Source of the DNA: a virus
Length of the DNA: 64,000 nucleotides
IMG/VR virus record: IMGVR_UViG_3300027973_000028
Coordinates: 1-64,000 of that record
Direction: 5' to 3' (one strand)
Part shown: positions 37,731 through 49,100 of the stretch, piece by piece
How positions within the stretch are numbered: the first letter of the stretch is position 1
Layout: the number at the start of each line of letters is the position of its first letter
Program-made: the position numbers and the translations under genes
Notes under the pieces: model-generated
The model's input: the letters and a program-made list of their open reading frames with translations, nothing else
Told to the model about the DNA's origin: nothing
Databases searched by the model: none

Positions 37731-38990
37731 TTAATCATATTGAATTCTTAGATCACAAAGCACGGGTGCAGTTTTATCCTCTAACATGCTTAATGTAACC
37801 TCTATCCATACACTGGATGAAGCTCCTGGATTTGTAGTGCTGTAGTTTCCGGCATCGTCGTAAATAACCCTATAGCTAAAGGCATTTGACATCTGGCTCA
37901 AGGGAACATTATAGATTACTGGGTCTACACTAATTATATTATTAATTAAAGAACCGTCTGGAGGAGTAAACTTAATTATAGTTTTACCAGATGGCAAAAA
38001 TTTATCATATCTTACATCAAGATCAGAAAGGCCATATGTATATATATAATTTCCAGCCTCCTGCATATAGCTTCTCTGTACCATCTTAATTCTTATTGCT
38101 GTAATTTCTTTATCTGGGAAGTAAAAAGAAAGTGGGCCAGAGTTATATATGGTATCCGACCCAGAAACAAGCCATCCACCAGGTGGGACTTTGCCCACCG
38201 CTGTGCTAACTCCATTATAAAGAGAAGAAGAGTTTAATGGCAGCCAAGAGTCGGACTCTGTTAATGTTGGATTTAATTTTGTTGTATATTCTATTGAAGA
38301 AATATCGACTGAGTATACAGGAAATGGGTTAAATTTAATACAGTTTGTTTTTGTTGATCCAGTAAATTCAGATGGTATTTTTACGTAAAACATCATCTGA
38401 GCCCCGGAAGGAGAAGTGGACTGTGTAATTATATTACGTTTCCAAATTTTATCTGGATTATCTATTATTGCATTGAATGTTGGAGTGGTGTTGACTATGG
38501 CTCCAGCGGCGTCAACGCCTGCATAATTATTTTGTATAAATGTTTTAAAGAAATCTGGAATAACTTGAGAAGAAGAAGCACCGGAGGTGTGAAACTTTAA
38601 CTTTGAATTTGAAGATCCGCTAACCTTTGGAAGTGTTATTACATTATAGTATGGATCTAGGCTCAATAGATTTGTGGTAGAAATAGAAAAACTTGTTCCA
38701 ACAAAATTTACATAATCAAGCTGTGAGAAAGAATATATTGATAGGGTATTTGTTTCATTTTCAAGTGCCTCAACTCTATCGACAAGATCGTCAACTGCAC
38801 TAACTAGGTATGCTTGGTCCTTCAAGACTCTTTGAAATGCTTCAGAAAGTTTGTGATCAAGAATATTTGATTTATTATATAAGTATAAAAGATCTTTATA
38901 ATTTTCTTCAATTCTTTGATTGTATTCAGAGCTGTCTACTGGACCCCTATATTGCACATTTCTTTTCTGTGTATTAATTGAATCTGCCAT
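37731..38990 (-). CDS. putative virion structural protein (baseplate/tail region)
   Basis: N-terminal coiled coil then beta-rich body; part of the structural gene run. Confidence 0.55.
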   Translation of the reverse strand: MADSINTQKRNVQYRGPVDSSEYNQRIEENYKDLLYLYNKSNILDHKLSEAFQRVLKDQAYLVSAVDDLVDRVEALENETNTLSIYSFSQLDYVNFVGTSFSISTTNLLSLDPYYNVITLPKVSGSSNSKLKFHTSGASSSQVIPDFFKTFIQNNYAGVDAAGAIVNTTPTFNAIIDNPDKIWKRNIITQSTSPSGAQMMFYVKIPSEFTGSTKTNCIKFNPFPVYSVDISSIEYTTKLNPTLTESDSWLPLNSSSLYNGVSTAVGKVPPGGWLVSGSDTIYNSGPLSFYFPDKEITAIRIKMVQRSYMQEAGNYIYTYGLSDLDVRYDKFLPSGKTIIKFTPPDGSLINNIISVDPVIYNVPLSQMSNAFSYRVIYDDAGNYSTTNPGASSSVWIEVTLSMLEDKTAPVLCDLRIQYD

Positions 38991-38991
38991 A

Positions 38992-39393
38992 TTAAATCCT
39001 ATTTTCTAAAAATTTTATTTTACTCTGAAGCCTAGATAATTTTCCTGTAATTTTTACAATATCATTTATACTTATACTAGACGCAATTGGCGTTGCGGCA
39101 TTACTCAATGAGTACGCAGTAACTCCTTCGGGTTCAACGTTTACCCCATCAACAAGCACTTCCTCTTCAACCAGGGAAAATATCTTACCATTAATGGCTA
39201 CAGAATAACTATCGCAAACTGCACCTATTGAATCCAATTGATTATTGATCCTATTGAAGTCGGCAAGTAAAGAATTGATTTCTAAATTTTCTTTTTTGCT
39301 ATTTCTAGTTCCTCTATATTTCTGTCTAAATCTAGAAAAAAGAGGTTCTATCAGTCTTTTCGTATGAGATTGTTTTGTGTAAGTTATTGGCAT
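38992..39393 (-). CDS. putative structural protein
   Basis: N-terminus (RQKYRGTRNSKKEN) resembles that of the adjacent gene (NVQYRGPVDSSEYN). Confidence 0.5.
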   Translation of the reverse strand: MPITYTKQSHTKRLIEPLFSRFRQKYRGTRNSKKENLEINSLLADFNRINNQLDSIGAVCDSYSVAINGKIFSLVEEEVLVDGVNVEPEGVTAYSLSNAATPIASSISINDIVKITGKLSRLQSKIKFLENRI

Positions 39394-39432
39394 TTAATTC
39401 TTCCTAATCAATTAGTACCAGAAACACTGGCT

Positions 39433-41571
39433 TTATGCATCCCTATGTTTAAACTTAATTCTTACAGATTCAACTATAGGAGATGACAATGGATCTTCAT
39501 ACCTATTTAAATCTACCCTATACCTAATGGAATTTACGGCTGATTGATTATTAGAGGTATAAATAAAGTTTGAATTTCCCGATAGCTCCCTTGAAGCTAG
39601 TACTTCTTTTCTTCCAAAAATTGTATCTATTGTAAAATAATAGCTGTCTTCATTTACTTTATTCTGAAACTCAAATGGGTCCAAATAATTAAAATAATCA
39701 ACAAAAATTAATCCGTATCTAGAGAGGGACAAACCTTCTATCAGATTAAAGGAAACTTGTCCTGATACCAATTTATCATAAGTTATTATTATTTTATTAA
39801 TTCCAGATTTAAATTCCCATTCAACGACCTTGCTTCCTGTTCCCTTTGGAAGATCTGCTATTAAAATTCCATTTAAATATATTGCTAGATTAAAATTAGG
39901 ATTAGATTTTGAGACATTATGTACAACATTTAGAGGGCCTTGTCTTATTATTGATGTCTCTATATACCCTGAACTATAAGAGTTTATTCCTGGATTTATA
40001 GAACCTATTTGTTCCTTTAGCGTATTTGATAAAAGTGAAGCCGGCTTATTATTGAATATATCAGACCAATATTCAAGATCTTTATATTTTCCATCTGCTA
40101 CAGACTCACCTGCATATATTAAATAGTTATGCTTTAGGCAATCTACTCCGCCTAAAAGAATTGAGTTTAAATAATTTTCTTCAGAACTAAGTGCAGTAAT
40201 CCTATACGCATTTTTTCCAGAATATATTTTATTATTTGGATTTAATTCATTTGCATTTACTGCCGAAGAGTTGATTGGTATATATTTTAGTTCGTTTTCT
40301 TCAGGCGTATTTGATATATAAACATTATTTCTAGTTGATCCATCAAGATAAACAACAGGATTATAACCAGAGCTTTCTGAACCCTTTGGAGATACTGGAA
40401 TCCAATTATAATCATTAACATTTTGTGCAGTTGGGTTATTGGCAGCGATATAGTAGTTCACTGATGTTCCAGGAATAACCTGCTCCTGAACCTCCATGGA
40501 AACTGCATCTATTATTAAATTTGAATTAGTTTTTGTAGCAATGGATATTGGGGCAGATACCAGTATACCTGATTTAGCGTAGTATTTTGTCCCAATTATC
40601 ATTTCTCTTAAGCCAAATTTATAAACATATGGTCTAGAACTATTTTGATCTATATAGTCTGGTTCATTTTTATATAGAACTATCTCTATCGCTGAATAAG
40701 AATCTGCTGGAATGGCAAAAGAGAATGCATCATAGTCTAATCTTGATGTCTTTGTTTTTATTTCATTTGGTTTTTCTGGATCGGAATATATTGCTCTCAT
40801 CATAATGTTTACTGGAGATGAGGTAAAAGGAATCCCATCTACCTTTGACAATATCGAGGTTTTGTTGACGGGTATGCTCATGGTAAGTGAGACTGGTTGC
40901 GGATTTTCCAAAGACACAACATGATCCCAATATGTATCTGTTAACCCATCAAATATATTATTAAAATTTGTTTTATCAATAGTCTGGTTCAACTGCTGAC
41001 CATTTGCTGTTACTGTAAAATTAACATTATTTCCATTAAGATTGTCAACAGTCATAACATTAAACTGTTCAGATTTTAATTTGCTAATAGTTACATTCCT
41101 AAGCTTAGGATCAAAAAATGCGGAATCGGTTAATGAAAGATCTAATTTGTCTGCTGATATAAAATTTTCTGTAAAAGAATAAAAATATCCATCAGAATTA
41201 TTATTCATGAATATAAGATCATCTACTTTTGATTCTAACTGTAATCTTTTCTTTTTTAAATTTTCTAATTTTTTATTAAGAGATGTAACAATAGAAAATA
41301 ATTCTTCATTATTATCTAGAATTGTGTCATATAAAATATCAACATTATAAATTGTATTAGCCATTATTTGATTTAATAAATCAACATCAGTTTTATTTGA
41401 AGCCCTAAGAAGATCATAATCTACTTTAACTGGATAACCTGGTTGGTTTACGCTAAAATATTCATTAAATGCTTTTCTAACATCTTGTTCAGAGGGTTTT
41501 TGGCCAGAAGAATATATTAATTTGTATATATTATTTAAAAATCTTCTTTTTTGAGTTGTTGAAATGTTCAT
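39433..41571 (-). CDS. putative virion structural protein
   Basis: 712 aa; helical N-terminus plus beta-rich body like its neighbours. Confidence 0.55.
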   Translation of the reverse strand: MNISTTQKRRFLNNIYKLIYSSGQKPSEQDVRKAFNEYFSVNQPGYPVKVDYDLLRASNKTDVDLLNQIMANTIYNVDILYDTILDNNEELFSIVTSLNKKLENLKKKRLQLESKVDDLIFMNNNSDGYFYSFTENFISADKLDLSLTDSAFFDPKLRNVTISKLKSEQFNVMTVDNLNGNNVNFTVTANGQQLNQTIDKTNFNNIFDGLTDTYWDHVVSLENPQPVSLTMSIPVNKTSILSKVDGIPFTSSPVNIMMRAIYSDPEKPNEIKTKTSRLDYDAFSFAIPADSYSAIEIVLYKNEPDYIDQNSSRPYVYKFGLREMIIGTKYYAKSGILVSAPISIATKTNSNLIIDAVSMEVQEQVIPGTSVNYYIAANNPTAQNVNDYNWIPVSPKGSESSGYNPVVYLDGSTRNNVYISNTPEENELKYIPINSSAVNANELNPNNKIYSGKNAYRITALSSEENYLNSILLGGVDCLKHNYLIYAGESVADGKYKDLEYWSDIFNNKPASLLSNTLKEQIGSINPGINSYSSGYIETSIIRQGPLNVVHNVSKSNPNFNLAIYLNGILIADLPKGTGSKVVEWEFKSGINKIIITYDKLVSGQVSFNLIEGLSLSRYGLIFVDYFNYLDPFEFQNKVNEDSYYFTIDTIFGRKEVLASRELSGNSNFIYTSNNQSAVNSIRYRVDLNRYEDPLSSPIVESVRIKFKHRDA

Positions 41572-43472
41572 ATTTTTTTAACCTTTGCGGCCAATGTATA
41601 AGAGTATACATTTGGAACAACGTTTGTATTTGGATCCTTTAGTAATTTTATTTTAACTAATATGCTCTTAACCTCTTGTGGAATTTTTGGATAGTTTTCA
41701 TATCCTACGCCTGGAAGCTTGTACCCTGGTGAAACATTTTGATTGAATACTAAAATTTCTGGATTTTGTGAAGAAGTAGAAGAGCTAAATCCATACTGAG
41801 TAGAACTTATTTCAAACCAATTATTTCCACCATCAACAGATATTTCAGATGATATGAGTTGAATATTTGAAGAAACACTTTTTACGTCGCTCTCTATGCC
41901 AAGCATTACTGACTCTACTGGATAATCGAAAACATAGGGTAGAGAGATAATTTCTGCTGAATCTAAATATTCAATATATTCGACTGAAACATCTCTTAAG
42001 CCAATAGACATCCTTCTGCTTTTGATTATATCTCTTTGTAATTTTAGCGGGACAGTAAATGTTTGAACTGACTCAGATGTATTTGTGTTAGTGATTCTTT
42101 TTTTTACAGATATACTTATTTCTTTGCTAGTAACATTATTTTTCTTAAAAATATTTGGATTGCTTAATGGTGGAATTATTGCATCTTTGTTGTAATTTAT
42201 TTCTTGATAAATATCTTTGCTTAAAGAATCTGGATTAAATCTTACAGAACCAAAAAATGGACTATTATCTGATTTAGATCCGGTATAATCTGTAGCCCAG
42301 TAGGTATGCATTATCTCTTCTTCATTAAAATACGGCTGCTCAAGAATAATTCTAACTTTTAATACTTTTCTATCAGAAAATTTAACAACAGCTGAATCGA
42401 AATAGTATTTTGAATAAGCCTCTTTTGTTAAGCTTTCTGGAGACAGCCCTATGTAAAAAGGTTCCCTAACAATATGTTCTGTTTCACCCAAATCGTTGGT
42501 AACATAAATGTTAGAAACTTTTACTATTTTTGTATATCCAAAATATGGAGATATTTTTATCGAATTAGCCATTGACGCGGCATTTGCTTCAATCGTAAAA
42601 TCTAACTTTAAAGGTTCTTGCAAATTATGGTTTGACCAATTAACTAAACTGCGTTTTGGCGCCGAAGAAAGTTCTTCTGAATCAACTATATAAGAAAACT
42701 CATTATCAGATGGAGCAAAATCAAATACATTTTGATACTTAGTTTTATCAACATTTAAAGCTTCATATTCAAAATATGTTAATGGATTTTTATCTATTAT
42801 ATTTAGTGGATTAGATATTGAGGGACTGTTTTTAAAAACATATTCATAATTTATTTTATCTAATTCATCTTTTCTTTTAATAACGATATGATTATTCCCC
42901 ATAAACCCATTGGAATTATTCAATGTTAATCTAGATACATTCCAGTTGACAGTCTTTGCTGCCTGAATAGTTGCTGCACTGTTGTGTATCATTGGATTTT
43001 GATTTACTTTCATTTTAGAAAAATCCATGTAATCTTGATTATCAAACGAATCGCCAATGTAAACTATATCTTCTGCTGGACTTGAGGAATACATCTGAAG
43101 TATTTTTGTTTTTGAAAATATTCTTTGAGAATACTTTTTTTCATTTTCTATTTCAGAAGTAAATAAATTAAATATACTTATAGTTTTTGCAGTTAAATAA
43201 TCTAATTGCTTGGCAGATATGTTGATATCATTTTTTAATGAATTAACAAATTTATTTATTTTGGTCGATGTTGGTGGTTCGCCTTTTGTAAATAAATCTA
43301 AACTTGTATTAAATGAATCTATATTTTTATAGGCGTCACTCAATGCCTGGTTAAAGTCCGATATTAGATCTTGCTTTGTAATGTATTTGCCATTTTTTAG
43401 TTTGTCAGCTATAGAAGAAAGTGATGTGGCAACTTGATCAAAAATAGATGTTGATGGTGATAGTTGTGCCAT
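41568..43472 (-). CDS. putative virion structural protein
   Basis: 634 aa; ISVDGGNNW beta motif; same architecture as its neighbours. Confidence 0.55.
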   Translation of the reverse strand: MAQLSPSTSIFDQVATSLSSIADKLKNGKYITKQDLISDFNQALSDAYKNIDSFNTSLDLFTKGEPPTSTKINKFVNSLKNDINISAKQLDYLTAKTISIFNLFTSEIENEKKYSQRIFSKTKILQMYSSSPAEDIVYIGDSFDNQDYMDFSKMKVNQNPMIHNSAATIQAAKTVNWNVSRLTLNNSNGFMGNNHIVIKRKDELDKINYEYVFKNSPSISNPLNIIDKNPLTYFEYEALNVDKTKYQNVFDFAPSDNEFSYIVDSEELSSAPKRSLVNWSNHNLQEPLKLDFTIEANAASMANSIKISPYFGYTKIVKVSNIYVTNDLGETEHIVREPFYIGLSPESLTKEAYSKYYFDSAVVKFSDRKVLKVRIILEQPYFNEEEIMHTYWATDYTGSKSDNSPFFGSVRFNPDSLSKDIYQEINYNKDAIIPPLSNPNIFKKNNVTSKEISISVKKRITNTNTSESVQTFTVPLKLQRDIIKSRRMSIGLRDVSVEYIEYLDSAEIISLPYVFDYPVESVMLGIESDVKSVSSNIQLISSEISVDGGNNWFEISSTQYGFSSSTSSQNPEILVFNQNVSPGYKLPGVGYENYPKIPQEVKSILVKIKLLKDPNTNVVPNVYSYTLAAKVKKI

Positions 43473-43474
43473 AT

Positions 43475-46150
43475 TTAATTGACCGCCAATGCTTTGGTTA
43501 ATTTGTCGTAATAAGGATCATAATTTTTTGTTTTTGCTTTAATAAGCACTGCATCAATTGATGCCTGATAAAGAATTTTTGATACATTTTTTCTAATTAT
43601 TATTCTAAATCTAGTAGAGTTAGAAACGTATTCGTAAATTACCGAAAATGAATCAGATAAAATCTGATTAAATGCTATTTCTTTGCCATTTTGTATGAAA
43701 TAAACTCTTGAACTATCAGTAAACGATGGAAGATCTTTACTGTTGGTATAGTTTGTTAGGTTAATTGCGTAAGATCCATCCGACAAAAGTACTTTGATCG
43801 GACTATAGCCCTGATAGTCTGAGGAAAATATTGTGCCGTATGCGGGATTGTAGCTAGAAGTTTGGGCGTAGGTTGTATTGATATAAGGAAAATTACTTAG
43901 TGTTATTCTTCCCGTATAATCTGTCATTGGGAACCTTTCACCCTGACCCTGATCGTTAAAATATGATTTAGTTGACTCTTGAAATAATTTATTTTTAATA
44001 AAATCAATATTATCATAATTAAAAAGGGTTAAATCTGTTTTATATTTACAAACATATATAGAATTAATGTCTAATGAACTAATAATTATTGAATTTTCCT
44101 TTAAAGAATATTTATTTGGTGAAACCATATAACCGTCTTTATACAAAACAAATGTTTCTTTTTTAAAATAAAATCTTGTATACGCAGATAACGATTGTAA
44201 ATCAAAAAATAAAACCTCTGAATCTATTTGATCGTTTCCATACTCCAGTATTGAAATCCAATCACTTTCGGATACAGGTATTTCTGTATTGGATATAGAA
44301 ATCTCATAAGATATAGGTTCTTTTAGATCAAAATTAAATCTATTAAAATCTATTATATTTTTACTCTTAACCAAAGAAGCTTTTAGGGCTAAAGGATATC
44401 CGTTGAATGGAATTTTTTTACTAACAAAACATGCTTTATTAGAATCTACCTTATCTACTGCTGCAAATTCTATTGATTTAATAGAAAAAGTATATTCATA
44501 TTGATCTATTTTTTCTAAAATAAATAAATCTTTAAATATAGAACGGTTTGATCTTGAAATTGTTTCTGCAAATAACTCTTGTGTTTTTCCTGAAAATATA
44601 TTATTTGAATCTTTTTGCAGAAGCATTCCTGGTTTTTTAAAATCATAGTTTTCTGAAAATATAGATCCAGATTCAACAAAAGTTGAATTATTAAAAATTT
44701 CTCCACTGTCTTTAATCATATGAACAAAAAAGTTTTGAAACAAAGTAGATAAAATTGTACTCCATTTTTCATCTATTAAATTAGATTGAATATTTTCTTC
44801 TGAAAAATTATCTCTGCCCATTTTATTAGCGAATGTTTTATTAACATTTGGGTATTTATATGAATAATAACTATCATTCATATATTTATTTTTAAATAAA
44901 TCTTTAATAGAATTATTTCTTAAAAATAAATTGTATACTAAATCCTGTAATTTATCTGTATTAGACCTTCTTATTTCTCTTATTTCTCTGCCAATATCAT
45001 ATACAGCTTTTGCGTTTAATTCACTTGATGAAGTAACATTCTCATTCTTGGAATAAACTGGTTGATTAAATATAAGTATAATTTTACTTACATTTCTTCT
45101 TGGAAAAGAAATTTCAGTAATAGAATCCAGTTGCTTCGGTTCCGTTAATACAGAAATAGTTGTCGTAGAAGATATGGGATCTCCAATGCTGTTGATAGTA
45201 TACGATTCAACTGCTTGATCGGAATCTGTTGCTTCTTCTAAAATTGTTTCGTAATCTTTATAGACATAACTTTCTGTAGAGTCAGAAGACAGAACTGCCT
45301 GTAGCAATTGAAGGCCGTTCCCGTGGCCCGGTGTTATGTATATTGTATCTATTTCTTGTGGAAATGCAAAAGACATTTCAACAATATTTTGTGCACCATT
45401 AATATAAGAAGTATCATAAGATATATATTTTTTAATATCATCTATTTTTGATGTTAAAATAACTGGAGATTTTATACTTACGTTCCAAGAATCTGATTTA
45501 CTATCATTTAAAGTTGCATAAAAACCACTGTCACTTGATTTATAGTTTTCATAATTGCTTTTAATTTTTATATCATCGATAAAATCGAGTGCGTTTTTGG
45601 TTGTGATACCACTACCAATTTTAAATACACCAGCTTTTGTATCAACAAAACCATTGCCATTCTCGTCAAAATGAGAACCGTCTCTATCAATTAAATCAAA
45701 TAAATAACCGTCTGTTCTATAATCATTTAAATAATTATCAAATTTTTCTATATAATTTGAATTATATAAATCATCTTTTCCTGCTATAAATTCATAATTA
45801 TCAATAAAAATCTGTAATGTATCTAAATCTTTTTCTACTTTTTCAATTTCAGAAAAGAAAATATCGATCATCGAATTCAGCATTAAGCCAACTGTATTGG
45901 CTGACGCATAGTAGCTTCTCATTCTTAAGTCTGCGTCTCTAAAAATGTCGATAAAAAACTCTTTATTCAAAGAACTAAATTGACTAAATATAGATGGAGA
46001 ATAACTTGTGTCCACTCTTATTTGTGAAAGTTTTGAAATCAAGCTAGATACATCTGATTTATCAATCTTCATTTGATTGATCAAAGAAGATACTGTAGCT
46101 TGAGAGCTGTTTGAAAAACTATTAATTACATTTGGAAGTTGTTTTAACAT
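43475..46150 (-). CDS. putative virion structural protein
   Basis: 891 aa, translationally coupled within the structural operon. Confidence 0.55.
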   Translation of the reverse strand: MLKQLPNVINSFSNSSQATVSSLINQMKIDKSDVSSLISKLSQIRVDTSYSPSIFSQFSSLNKEFFIDIFRDADLRMRSYYASANTVGLMLNSMIDIFFSEIEKVEKDLDTLQIFIDNYEFIAGKDDLYNSNYIEKFDNYLNDYRTDGYLFDLIDRDGSHFDENGNGFVDTKAGVFKIGSGITTKNALDFIDDIKIKSNYENYKSSDSGFYATLNDSKSDSWNVSIKSPVILTSKIDDIKKYISYDTSYINGAQNIVEMSFAFPQEIDTIYITPGHGNGLQLLQAVLSSDSTESYVYKDYETILEEATDSDQAVESYTINSIGDPISSTTTISVLTEPKQLDSITEISFPRRNVSKIILIFNQPVYSKNENVTSSSELNAKAVYDIGREIREIRRSNTDKLQDLVYNLFLRNNSIKDLFKNKYMNDSYYSYKYPNVNKTFANKMGRDNFSEENIQSNLIDEKWSTILSTLFQNFFVHMIKDSGEIFNNSTFVESGSIFSENYDFKKPGMLLQKDSNNIFSGKTQELFAETISRSNRSIFKDLFILEKIDQYEYTFSIKSIEFAAVDKVDSNKACFVSKKIPFNGYPLALKASLVKSKNIIDFNRFNFDLKEPISYEISISNTEIPVSESDWISILEYGNDQIDSEVLFFDLQSLSAYTRFYFKKETFVLYKDGYMVSPNKYSLKENSIIISSLDINSIYVCKYKTDLTLFNYDNIDFIKNKLFQESTKSYFNDQGQGERFPMTDYTGRITLSNFPYINTTYAQTSSYNPAYGTIFSSDYQGYSPIKVLLSDGSYAINLTNYTNSKDLPSFTDSSRVYFIQNGKEIAFNQILSDSFSVIYEYVSNSTRFRIIIRKNVSKILYQASIDAVLIKAKTKNYDPYYDKLTKALAVN

Positions 46151-49100
46151 TATATTTCCCAGATCTCTCCATCTAAATTCTGTATTTGGAAAGAAATACC
46201 AGCAGTTAGATTTCTACGAATTATATCATATATTTCTTCTATATTTTCAAAGTTATTTTTAACTTCATCTGGTATCCTAATTACTACAAATCCACCTCTT
46301 GGATATGAGCATCCGTGTATTGGGTACACGTCCCAGTTTGAAAGGAGATTATCTATCTCTGAATCTATCTGTACGAATTGGTGCTCGGCTGCTATGCCAC
46401 CACCCCTTAATCTCGTATCATATATCTCTGTTTGCTTCTTGTTAGGGTTATTAGTAAAGTATATAATGCCGATTGGCAATGCGAAGGGGTCGTGCTTCGG
46501 TGAATATTCATTAAATATTTCAGAATTATACGTAAAATTATACGGATAACTTGGAACGTAATCCTGTAATGGCACATATTCAGCGGCGTCAGCTGAGTTT
46601 GTTGAGAGTTTATTAATCTTTATTGGTAGCACATATATGTATAAGGGTTTATTAAATTTGATATTTTTAGAATTTAAAAATGGATTAAGAGGAACTGTCT
46701 CTCCATTCGATTGATATATCATCAAATCAGAATTTTTAATTACATAATTTACTTTTATTAAATTTTCATCAGAAGGAATTATTCTATTGTTAAATTCTAT
46801 TAAACCAGAACTGCAATTGTAATCTCTAACTTCAGAGAGGGATAATTTTTCCCATTCGGAAGATGAAGTTTCTTTTGTGTATATCTCAATCTGTGGTTTA
46901 AATAAAGGGGCTACTGAATTTTTATAATTAGTCGGTTCTGGCCAAACAACTAATGGTGTTTGTCTTAGCTTAATTTGTTTGTCAGAAACTAATATTGGTT
47001 TTTCATTTTTAACATCATAATATCCTCTACCAAAAATATTAGACCAATTTACACCCTTAGCCGAAGTTGTGTCATAAGTCGCAATAAGAGTTTGGTTTAT
47101 ATAATTAGATTTCCAATCCTCATAAATAGATATGTCTGATATATTAATCGATTTAGTAAAGGATCCGGATGTTATTATCAGCGGCCATGCTTGTTTTTTG
47201 TCGACATAAGAATCCATATTACCAATTTTTATTGCTGTTCCAGAATTATATTTAACAGAATAAACAGGACATATTTTTTTAATTGGAATATTTGTTGGGA
47301 TAAAAGTTGTGCTGACTTTTGGTCCAATATAATCTATAATGTTCTGGGTATTACCATCTGAATCATAGGCAACAACTGCAAGAAATATATTGTTTATACC
47401 CCTAACAATCATGTCTACATATGAAACTGTATCTCCTAAGAATTCTTTCTGAGCAAAATCATAAAATCCATAAATAAATCCGTCTTGTTCTGGAATTCTA
47501 TTTTTAACATAGACAAAACCCAGTCTCGCGTCTTTTTCTTGCTCTGTTGCTGTTGATCCAAAGTAACTCGAGATTTCAGAACCGCTTGGTATACCGACAG
47601 GTTTTCCAAATTCGTTACACAACAACAATGTTCCGTCTAATGTTGTTATAGATTCTTTTTTAGGCACTATTACATTGTTTAAATTTTTCATTAAATACTG
47701 ATTAATATATTTAAGTGGAGTGCTAATTACGCTTGAACCGGAGTAGTAAGTGGCTGAAGTTTCTATTGTTAATCTTGTTGCATTTCCCGAGGATGGATTT
47801 GTTTCTAAATAATTTATACTTAAAACAGAAGATGGTGAAGACACATTTGATCCTGTTTCTGAAACTAAAGAAGTTAAAGAAACAGAATTTGATCCATTTA
47901 AATCAACATAAAGCTGCTTAGTAAAATCGAATACAACACCGGAACTAGCAGTAAAATTAGCCGTAGAAAGTTTAATAGAACTTGATAGAGATTCTGTGTA
48001 TGATTTATTTAAATAGCTATATACCAAAGAACCAAATGTCAATGGAATTGTTTTGACTGTATTAGTATCATATTTGACTGTATGGTTTTTTAACGCCGAA
48101 AGGTCAGAGAACTTTTCCGCAGTTGTTGCCGTAACATATGCGTCTACAGTTTTTGTTATAACTTTTGTATCAGTTCTAATATTTTTTTCTGTATTTTCAG
48201 AAAAAGAAACTTCAGACCAAGACGATCCATTCCATGAATAATATTTTTCTGTGTCTACAGTATATATCAAATATCCAGACTGATTTGACTTAAGAGTGTT
48301 TGCATCATAATAAACATTTGGATTATTCTCAGTCCAATAGTTTGCTATATCTTCTATTTCTGGTTTATTCAAACTAGGAAATGCGTTGTAGGTTTCCGAA
48401 ACTGGAACTTCTATTTCCTCTGGATCGCCATATACTGGAGCTGTTGTAGTTGCATTCCCAACTATGTCACATCTGATGCTTCTGATTTGATATCCTTCAG
48501 CGTTTCCATATTTAGACTGGTTGATTACTGTATCGTTAGTCCTAAAATAAATATAAACATATTTACAATTTCCTATTGGTTGATCGTGCATCGACAGGAT
48601 AACGTTTCCAGAACTATCTGGTTTTTTGTTGACAGTATAACCATTGTATACGCTATTGTTTATAGTATTAGCAAAAGAAACATTATTAGCTGCATGGTTT
48701 ACTGGGGAAAAACCATAAGACACTACTGTTACATTGCGCCAATTTTCAAGAGTTCCAAAATTAATTTTAATATTTTTTACCGTTTCTGCACCGTCGGGTA
48801 TGGTGAAAAATATTACATCTTGGATTCTTGTTACCTGAGTTCCGATTCCTCCACCAGAATAACTTACTCTTCTATATTTTCCTCCAGAATTTATTTCATT
48901 TATATCACCCTGCGACAATGCTGCGTCGTAATACTTTGAAACTCCGTTAGAGCTACATAGGTTTTTAGCTGTTACCGAATTTATAATACCAAGTGACATT
49001 GCACTCACGAATAAAGATTTTGTTTGGCTATCTACTTTTCCGTCAACAATACCATCAAATCGTACGCCACTTGTTTCCATTCTGTTTTGAAAAGCAGATA